Below are positions 57,151 through 64,000 of a stretch of 64,000 bases of DNA, piece after piece (position 1 is the stretch's first letter; the number at the start of each line of letters is the position of its first letter). The stretch lies in NCBI GenBank assembly GCA_040002515.1, contig JBDUEI010000023.1, positions 8,081-72,080 on the forward strand, given 5' to 3'. Origin of the DNA: Rudaea sp. (GTDB taxonomy: Bacteria; Pseudomonadota; Gammaproteobacteria; Xanthomonadales; Rhodanobacteraceae). The notes under the pieces are model-generated. The model was not told the DNA's origin. It saw only the letters and a list, made by a program, of their open reading frames with translations, and searched no databases. The position numbers were made by a program, and so were the translations under genes.

Positions 57151-59127
57151 ATGGAAGCAATGGAATCGACGGTCAAACCAATCTGGGAACCGAGCAAGGA
57201 ACGCATCGAACGCGCGAACATCAACCGCTTCATCCGGTTCGTGCGCGAGCAGACAAAAAACGACGATATCCGGCGTGTCGGTCCGCTGTATGAATTTTCG
57301 GTTCGACAACCCGAAAAATTCTGGCAGTTCGTGTGGGAATTCTGTGGCATCCGCGCCACCGGCGATTTCGACGAAGTGCTCGTCGAAGGCGACACCCTGT
57401 CCGCGGCGAAATGGTTCCCGAACGTTCGCCTGAATTTCGCGCAGAACCTGTTGCGATACAAGGACGATCGCGTCGCGATCGTCGCGCGCAACGAATGGGG
57501 CCACACGCGCGAATTTACTTACGCGGAATTGCATGAGGAAGTCGGCATGCTGGCGCATGCGTTGCGCGACGCCGGCGTCGGCATCGGCGATCGCGTCGCC
57601 GGATTTCTGCCGAACATTCCTGAAGCCGTGATCGCGATGCTCGCCACCGCGTCGATCGGCGCGGTGTGGTCGTCATGCTCGCCGGATTTCGGCACGCAGG
57701 GCGTCGTCGACCGGTTCGGCCAGATCGAACCAAAAGTCCTCTTCACCGCCGATGCCTATCCTTACGGCGGCAAGACCTTCGATTGCCTGGCCAAGATCAA
57801 GGATGTGCTGAAGCAGATTCCGAACGTCGCCCAGGTCGTCGTCATTCCCTATAGCGACAGCGAAAAAGCGCCGAAACTCACCGGCATCAAGAACGCGGTG
57901 TCGTGGCCGGATTTCGTCGGCACGGAAAATCATCCGGTCGAATTCACACCGACGACATTCGATCATCCGCTCTACATCATGTATTCGTCCGGCACGACCG
58001 GCGTGCCGAAATGCATCGTGCACGGCGCGGGCGGTACGTTGATCCAGCATTTAAAAGAACTCGTGCTGCACACCGACCTCAAGCGCGAAGACAAAATCAC
58101 CTACTACACGACCTGCGGTTGGATGATGTGGAACTGGCTGGTGTCGAGCCTCGCCGTCGGTGCGACGGTCGTGCTGTATGACGGATCGCCGTTCCATCCG
58201 GACGGCACGGTATTGTGGGACCTCGTCGACGAACTCGGCATCACCGTTCTCGGCACCAGCGCCAGGTGGATCGCCGCCGTCGAAAAGGCCGGGATCAAGC
58301 CGCGCCAGTCACACAAGCTGTCGTCGTTGAAAACGATTCTCTCGACCGGTTCGCCCCTCTCCGACGAGAGCTTCGATTTCGTGTATCGCGATGTAAAAGA
58401 CCGCGTGATGCTGTCGTCGATCTCCGGCGGCACCGACATCATTTCCTGTTTCGCACTCGGCTGCCCGCTGCTGCCGGTCTATCGCGGCGAACTGCAATGC
58501 CGCGGACTCGGCCTGAGAGTCGAGATTTTCGACGAAAGCGGAACGTCCGTCATCGAAGAAAAAGGCGAACTCGTCTGTACTGCTCCGTTCCCGAGCATGC
58601 CGGTCGGATTCTGGAACGATCCAAAAGGCGAAAAATACCACAATGCGTATTTTTCCAAATTTCCAAATGTGTGGGCACATGGCGACCACGCCATGCTCAC
58701 CGAACACGACGGCATCGTCATTTACGGCCGATCCGACACCGTCCTCAATCCCGGCGGCGTGCGCATCGGCACGGCCGAGATTTACCGGCAGGTCGAGCAA
58801 ATGCCCGAAGTCCTCGAATCGATCGCCGTCGGCCAGGACTGGGACAACGACGTCCGCGTCATCCTGTTCGTGCGACTCCGCGACGGCGCCAAACTCGACG
58901 ATGACCTGCGCGACCGCATAAACAAACGCATCCGGGAAAACACCACGCCGCGCCATGTTCCTGCAAAGGTCCTGCAAGTGTCCGACATCCCGCGCACGAT
59001 TTCGGGCAAGATCGTCGAACTCGCCGTTCGCGAGGTTATTCATGGGCGTGACGTGAAGAATACCGATGCCTTGGCGAATCCGCAGGCGTTGGATGAGTTC
59101 AAAAACCGAGACGAGCTGCAAACGTAA
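57151..59127 (+). CDS. Acetoacetate--CoA ligase (acetoacetyl-CoA synthetase)
   Basis: WSSCSPDFG; YIMYSSGTTGVPKCIVH; GWMMWNWL; SISGGTD; GRSD..GVRIGTAEIY. Confidence 0.92.
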   Translation: MEAMESTVKPIWEPSKERIERANINRFIRFVREQTKNDDIRRVGPLYEFSVRQPEKFWQFVWEFCGIRATGDFDEVLVEGDTLSAAKWFPNVRLNFAQNLLRYKDDRVAIVARNEWGHTREFTYAELHEEVGMLAHALRDAGVGIGDRVAGFLPNIPEAVIAMLATASIGAVWSSCSPDFGTQGVVDRFGQIEPKVLFTADAYPYGGKTFDCLAKIKDVLKQIPNVAQVVVIPYSDSEKAPKLTGIKNAVSWPDFVGTENHPVEFTPTTFDHPLYIMYSSGTTGVPKCIVHGAGGTLIQHLKELVLHTDLKREDKITYYTTCGWMMWNWLVSSLAVGATVVLYDGSPFHPDGTVLWDLVDELGITVLGTSARWIAAVEKAGIKPRQSHKLSSLKTILSTGSPLSDESFDFVYRDVKDRVMLSSISGGTDIISCFALGCPLLPVYRGELQCRGLGLRVEIFDESGTSVIEEKGELVCTAPFPSMPVGFWNDPKGEKYHNAYFSKFPNVWAHGDHAMLTEHDGIVIYGRSDTVLNPGGVRIGTAEIYRQVEQMPEVLESIAVGQDWDNDVRVILFVRLRDGAKLDDDLRDRINKRIRENTTPRHVPAKVLQVSDIPRTISGKIVELAVREVIHGRDVKNTDALANPQALDEFKNRDELQT

Positions 59128-59284
59128 TCGAGTGCGAAACTTAATTTTCGATGCCGTACCGCGCACTAATAGTCCCCAGTAGGCGATGCGCCAACGAAAT
59201 CACGCGGATTGCGATTCGACGATCTGATTCGCGACGACACGGTGACGCGATGTAAACTTTCGCGCCCGATGGGAACATTTTTTG

Positions 59285-60397
59285 ATGACTTCACCGACCA
59301 TACAGAAGATCGCATTCAACAATCTTGGGCGCGCCGTTGAAAAGCACGGCTCGCTGCTGAAGGCGTGCATCGATCGCGTCGTCGAAAGCGGTTGGTTCAT
59401 CCTCGGACCTGAGGTCGAGAAATTCGAAACGGAATTCGCCACCTATTGCGGAGCCGGTCATGCCGTGGGTTTGGCTAACGGAACAGATGCGATCGAACTC
59501 GCGTTGCGCGCGCTCGGCGTAACGCGAGGTGATGAAGTTATCGTTGCGCCCAATGCCGGAATGTACTCGACGACGGCAATTCTCTCGATCGGCGCCGTGC
59601 CCGTTTTCGCCGACGTGGGCGAGGAGTCGTTGAATATCGATATCGACTCCGCTGCAGCGGCCATCACGCCGAGCACGAAGGCAATCATTGCTACTCATCT
59701 GTATGGCCACCTCGCTGAGGTCGAGGGTCTGGCCAAACTATGTTCTAAGAATGGGATTGCGCTCGTCGAGGACTGCGCGCAAGCGCACGGCGCACGTCTC
59801 GCCGACAAGATGTCTGGATCGTTCGGCGATGCGGCTGCTTTCAGTTTCTACCCAACCAAAAATCTAGGTGCCTTAGGAGACGGCGGACTTGTCACTTGCA
59901 AGCAACCCGACGTCGCCCAACGCGTGCGACGGCTGCGGCAGTATGGTTGGGAAAGCAAATATCGCTCTGTCGAAATCGGTCGTAACAGCCGACTCGACGA
60001 ATTGCAGGCAGCTATCTTGCGCGCATTGCTGCCGCATCTGAGCGCGAGCAACGACCGGCGTCGAAAAATCGCGGCGCGTTATGCGAGTGTCGGCAACGAT
60101 CACGTCAATCATCCGCGTGTCGACACCGAAGGTTACGTGGCGCACTTGTACGTCGTCCGCAGCACATTTCGTGATCAATTGAGACATTTCTTGAGCGCGA
60201 AAGGTATCGGCACCGATGTGCACTACCCGACTCTCGATTTCGATCAGCCGGCACTCGCATTCCTATCGCGGAATTTTTCCACGCCGATCGCTAGAAATGG
60301 ATGCGAGAGGGTTTTGTCACTGCCATGTAACCCCGAAATGACGGACGACGAAGTCGACTATGTCTGCGAGGTGCTTCACTCTTGGACGCCGGAATGA
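59285..60397 (+). CDS. DegT/DnrJ/EryC1/StrS sugar aminotransferase (FdtB/QdtB-like)
   Basis: ILGPEV..FE; NGTDA; EDCAQAHGA; FSFYPTKNLGALGDGG; NSRLDELQAA. Confidence 0.93.
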   Translation: MTSPTIQKIAFNNLGRAVEKHGSLLKACIDRVVESGWFILGPEVEKFETEFATYCGAGHAVGLANGTDAIELALRALGVTRGDEVIVAPNAGMYSTTAILSIGAVPVFADVGEESLNIDIDSAAAAITPSTKAIIATHLYGHLAEVEGLAKLCSKNGIALVEDCAQAHGARLADKMSGSFGDAAAFSFYPTKNLGALGDGGLVTCKQPDVAQRVRRLRQYGWESKYRSVEIGRNSRLDELQAAILRALLPHLSASNDRRRKIAARYASVGNDHVNHPRVDTEGYVAHLYVVRSTFRDQLRHFLSAKGIGTDVHYPTLDFDQPALAFLSRNFSTPIARNGCERVLSLPCNPEMTDDEVDYVCEVLHSWTPE

Positions 60398-61344
60398 ACT
60401 CGCTGATCATTCCCGTTTACCGCAACGAACAATGCATTCCGGAGTTATTGGAAAGTCTGCGAACGCTGGCGCGCGGCGTTGAGCAACTCGAAGTCGTCTT
60501 CGTCATCGACGGAAGCCCCGACAACTGTTACTCGCTACTTCGCAACGCCGCGCCTACGCTTCCGTTCAGGACGCAGATCATCATGCACTCACGCAACTTC
60601 GGCTCGTTCGCCGGTATCCGCACCGGCTTGATAGCTGCGCGCGGGGAGTGTTTCGCTACGATGGCGGCGGACCTGCAGGAACCCATCGAACTGGCGGAAG
60701 AGTGTTTCCGGCGTCTGGCCGCCGACGAGGCCGACGTCTTGATCGCCACGCGCGATGCGCGCAACGATCCGACGATGTCGCGGCTGAGTTCATCGGCGTT
60801 TTGGTGGTTCTATCGACGCCTGATCAATTCCGACATCCCTCCCGGCGGCGTCGATGTATTTGCCTGTAACCGCAGGTTTCGCGATCAGCTAGTGAGGCTG
60901 GAAGAACACAATAGTTCATTGATAGGGCTGCTGTTCTGGATGGGTTTTCGCCGCAAAACCGTGAGCTACGAACGTCGGGCGCGACAACACGGCACGAGCG
61001 CGTGGACGTTTCGTCGCAAATTGAAGTACATGGTCGACAGCGTATTCGCATTTTCCGATTTGCCGATCCGCCTGTTGTTCGGTGTCGGCGCAGCGGGCTT
61101 GATCTTCGCGGTTGTCCTCGGCCTGATCGTTGTCGCGATGCGTCTTCATAGTGGCGTGTCGGTGCCGGGGTATACGGCTACCATGATCACGATTTTGTTT
61201 TTCGGCGGATTAAACGCTTTCGGGCTAGGTTTGATCGGAACGTATCTTTGGCGGGCCTTCGCCAACACGCAACGAAGGCCGCTGTCGATTGTCATGAGTA
61301 ACGAAAAATTCGATGGCGTCAACGAATCGCCTGGACAAAAATGA
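60394..61344 (+). CDS. GT2 polyprenol-phosphate glycosyltransferase (GtrB-like)
   Basis: SLIIPVYRN; DGSPD; SRNFG; AADLQEP; two C-terminal TM helices. Confidence 0.9.
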   Translation: MNSLIIPVYRNEQCIPELLESLRTLARGVEQLEVVFVIDGSPDNCYSLLRNAAPTLPFRTQIIMHSRNFGSFAGIRTGLIAARGECFATMAADLQEPIELAEECFRRLAADEADVLIATRDARNDPTMSRLSSSAFWWFYRRLINSDIPPGGVDVFACNRRFRDQLVRLEEHNSSLIGLLFWMGFRRKTVSYERRARQHGTSAWTFRRKLKYMVDSVFAFSDLPIRLLFGVGAAGLIFAVVLGLIVVAMRLHSGVSVPGYTATMITILFFGGLNAFGLGLIGTYLWRAFANTQRRPLSIVMSNEKFDGVNESPGQK

Positions 61345-62288
61345 TGAACTATTTCGTCCACGAATCAGGCCGGTGCGAATCGAAAGAGATCGGCGATCGA
61401 ACGCGTATTTGGGCTTTCGCACATGTGCTGCCCGGCGCGCGCATCGGGGCGGACTGCAACGTCTGCGATCACGTTTTTATCGAAAACGACGTAGTTATCG
61501 GCGACCGTGTCACCGTGAAATGCGGCGTGCAGCTGTGGGACGGCATTCGTGTCGAGAACGATGTGTTCATTGGGCCGAACGCCACTTTCACGAACGATCG
61601 GTTCCCGCGCAGCAAACAATACCCTGAAACGTTCGCAGCCACGCATGTCGAACAAGGTGCGTCGATTGGCGCGAACGCGACGATCCTTCCGGGTCTGCGC
61701 ATCGGCCGCCACGCGATGGTTGGCGCTGGAGCCGTCGTCACGCGGTCGGTCCCACCGTATGCCATCGTTGTCGGAAATCCTGCGCGCATCGTCGGCTACG
61801 TCGACGACACGGCCAACCCCGATCGCCACGCGCAATCTCCATTGCCAAATGAAACGGGCATCACGCAAACCGATGTCGCTGGTGTCACGCTACATCGGTT
61901 GAAACAGGTCAAGGATCTGCGCGGCAGTTTGAGCGTCGGCGAATTCGCACGCGATATTCCCTTCGCGGTTAAACGCTATTTTCTCGTCTACGATGTGCCC
62001 AGCGCAGAAACGCGCGGTGAACATGCGCATCGTGCCTGCCACCAATTTCTGCTGTGCGTGCACGGCAAATGCGCCGTCGTCGCTGATGACGGCAAACGGC
62101 GCCAGGAATTTCTCCTCGATCAGCCGGATTTCGGCATTCACCTGCCACCGCTGACCTGGGGCACGCAATATAAATATAGTTCCGATGCCGTGCTGTTGGT
62201 GTTCGCGTCGGAGCACTATGATGCAGGCGATTACATCCGCAACTACGGGGAATTCGCGCGGCTCGTCGGCGGAACCGGCCGAAAATGA
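61341..62288 (+). CDS. wxcM: WxcM-like bifunctional N-acetyltransferase / dTDP-sugar 3,4-ketoisomerase
   Basis: Hexapeptide repeats with FTNDRFPRS and GNPAR; C-terminal cupin [28 protein letters not shown]. Confidence 0.88.
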   Translation: MMNYFVHESGRCESKEIGDRTRIWAFAHVLPGARIGADCNVCDHVFIENDVVIGDRVTVKCGVQLWDGIRVENDVFIGPNATFTNDRFPRSKQYPETFAATHVEQGASIGANATILPGLRIGRHAMVGAGAVVTRSVPPYAIVVGNPARIVGYVDDTANPDRHAQSPLPNETGITQTDVAGVTLHRLKQVKDLRGSLSVGEFARDIPFAVKRYFLVYDVPSAETRGEHAHRACHQFLLCVHGKCAVVADDGKRRQEFLLDQPDFGIHLPPLTWGTQYKYSSDAVLLVFASEHYDAGDYIRNYGEFARLVGGTGRK

Positions 62289-62683
62289 CGACGCACCTAC
62301 GGCATGAGGCGTTACGTTTTCTAATCGCCGGCCTCATCAATACCGCCGCGACCTACGCGATTTACCTGGCGCTGCTGCCACGGCTCGACTACACGCTCGC
62401 CTATACCATCGCTTTCGTGATCGGTATCGTTATTGCTTACGTACTCAGCACATCGTACGTGTTCAGAGTCGAGCGCACGCGCGCGAACATGACGATCTTT
62501 CCCCTGATTTATCTAGTGCAATATTTACTTGGCGCCGCTGTACTAAATATTGCCGTTCGCTGGCTGTCGGTTCCGCGACAATTTGCTTTGCTGGCGAGTA
62601 TTGCAATTACGATCCCGGTCACGTTCTTGCTGAGTCGCGCGCTATTGCGGTGGCGCCGCGTGCATAGCAAGTCCGCCGTATGA
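62285..62683 (+). CDS. GtrA-family flippase
   Basis: 132 aa, four TM; [11 protein letters not shown]; YVF. Confidence 0.88.
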   Translation: MTTHLRHEALRFLIAGLINTAATYAIYLALLPRLDYTLAYTIAFVIGIVIAYVLSTSYVFRVERTRANMTIFPLIYLVQYLLGAAVLNIAVRWLSVPRQFALLASIAITIPVTFLLSRALLRWRRVHSKSAV

Positions 62684-64000
62684 ATTCTTCTGAGTTGCCG
62701 CGCAGGCACTATCTCGTTGCTGCACTGCTGCTTTGGGTATTGGCTGCTATATATTTCTTCGCCAACACGGGACACGTTGAACTTCACGTGACCCTCAACG
62801 TCGATGACGACGATGTTGTGCAGACGTTCTACTCTCGAAACGCGCAGTGGAATGAAAACGAGTCGATAAAGACGGCGGTTGCGAAAGGTCGCAACGATGT
62901 TGTCGTGTCTATTCCCGCTCTATTGATAGGCGATTTCGTTCGCTTCGATCCCGGACAAAAGCGCGGCTCATTCCGGCTGTCGAATGCGTATTGGTTGGCC
63001 GGTACCTCGCACGTTCCTATCGTCTACCAATCGATCATCAATTCTCATCCAATGGCCAGCGATCTGTCGTCTTCGGATAACGAAAGCATCGTTGTCGCAC
63101 GCGACAACGACCCACAACTCGGCATCCCTACCCCGCCACTGTTTTATCGGGCCGCTAAACTTCTCAAAACCGGTGCCTTATTGTTTGTTACCTTTGCGTT
63201 GCTGCTGGCCGCTGTCGCGCGACGTGTGTCTTTGCGATCTATCGCCGCCGCCACGATCGCGGTTTGCGGCATTCTGTATTTTTATACCTGTGCATCAATC
63301 GGCCCTCGTCTGCCGCTATTTGACGACTGGCGCTATCTGTTGCCCGGACAATTCAATCTGATCGATGGCTGGGGCTGGTTGCGCGCCGTTGGCAACGATA
63401 CGTATTTTCTGACCAATCAGGTTTTCGATTTTCTTGTTTTAAAAATAACGAACGTCGATTTCTTCGCGTTGCGTCTAGCAGCCGTCGGGCTACTCCTGCT
63501 GCAGCTCGGCCTGCAGATTCGCTTGATTTTTCTGACCACGAATTCGCGGCCGCTGATTGGCGCGATCGCCATCGCATCGTGCATCGCTTCGCTCAGTGCA
63601 GGCGCTTACTGGTCGAATGCGACGATTGCCTATCAGCAGGCACTGCCAACTTTATTCGGCACGGTTTTACTGTACTTGCTTGCGCGGGGCGAACCGAAGC
63701 GTCTCCACCCGGGTATCGTCGCTACAATTCTTGTTTGTTCTTTGGCATCGGGACTGGCGTACATTTCCGGTGGCGTGCTGCTCGCTTCGCTCGGCTTCGC
63801 CGGGCTTGTCGTCTACATGGGCCGATCGCGGACGCTAGCTGCCGAGTCTCTGATCGTACTCATAGGGGGACTAGCCTTATTTATTCTTCAGTTCGCGCTT
63901 GTCAGCATTCAGCAGGGTTCGTTGCTGGAGCATAGCCATCGCGCCGAAACCGTTTTTCCGAATGACCGTCGATTTTGGGTCTTCTTTTTCGCTCTATTCG
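62680..64000 (+). CDS. Large polytopic membrane protein, probable GT-C (GtrC-like) transferase; runs off window edge
   Basis: Not in the ORF track; ATG at 62680 overlaps the gtrA stop; hand translation [19 protein letters not shown]... stays open to the end of the window: N-terminal TM, periplasmic domain (VRFDPG), then PLFDDWRY acidic motif and many TMs. Confidence 0.75.
   Translation, partial: MNSSELPRRHYLVAALLLWVLAAIYFFANTGHVELHVTLNVDDDDVVQTFYSRNAQWNENESIKTAVAKGRNDVVVSIPALLIGDFVRFDPGQKRGSFRLSNAYWLAGTSHVPIVYQSIINSHPMASDLSSSDNESIVVARDNDPQLGIPTPPLFYRAAKLLKTGALLFVTFALLLAAVARRVSLRSIAAATIAVCGILYFYTCASIGPRLPLFDDWRYLLPGQFNLIDGWGWLRAVGNDTYFLTNQVFDFLVLKITNVDFFALRLAAVGLLLLQLGLQIRLIFLTTNSRPLIGAIAIASCIASLSAGAYWSNATIAYQQALPTLFGTVLLYLLARGEPKRLHPGIVATILVCSLASGLAYISGGVLLASLGFAGLVVYMGRSRTLAAESLIVLIGGLALFILQFALVSIQQGSLLEHSHRAETVFPNDRRFWVFFFALF

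Noticed and set aside
59128-59284. Possible ops/JUMPstart element before the glycan cassette
   Set aside because: The closest sequence (agtaggcgatgcg) does not match GGCGGTAG well enough to call.
62984-63935. Short ORFs listed near the right edge
   Set aside because: They are alternative frames within the long ORF starting at 62680, which stays open to the window end.

Overview
A 64-kb high-GC chromosomal window. Gene order (purL next to an Xps-type T2SS; lptFG/pepA/holC/valS; pssA/DUF4124/proS; etfBA next to a glycan locus) suggests a Xanthomonadales/Rhodanobacteraceae-like gammaproteobacterium; this is an inference. From left to right: (1) a minus-strand cell-surface locus (1-18400) with a membrane protein resembling the exosortase-H-associated family, gspE-F-G-H-I-J-K-L-M-N-D, a small lipoprotein, a 496-aa probable S-layer-type protein with its own promoter and terminator, a Cys-rich secreted protein, a PpiC foldase and a Wzm/Wzt glycan exporter with a small coupled ORF between the two genes; (2) housekeeping genes purL, two tandem dsbC-like genes, xerD, RDD, lptGF, pepA, holC and valS, interrupted by an orphan hicB-like gene and a higBA module; (3) a long coupled operon: pssA, GAF-PP2C-RsbW-kinase fusion, STAS, mlaE, an inserted TA pair, mlaF, mlaD, a PqiC-like lipoprotein, a HolD-like gene and rimI; (4) two DUF4124 genes, a second S-layer-type paralog, proS, transporters, GntR, ETF-QO, ArsR/SRPBCC, ATP-grasp and EF-hand genes, etfBA and acetoacetyl-CoA synthetase; (5) the start of a Gtr-like amino-sugar glycosylation cassette. 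The two best candidates for a little-described system are a partner-switching kinase/phosphatase-STAS module coupled to an MCE lipid transporter with no sigma factor in the window, and the T2SS/S-layer/glycan-export/sorting-associated locus. No rRNA, tRNA, CRISPR array, transposase or phage gene was recognised. All family calls come from reading motifs; no database searches were run.
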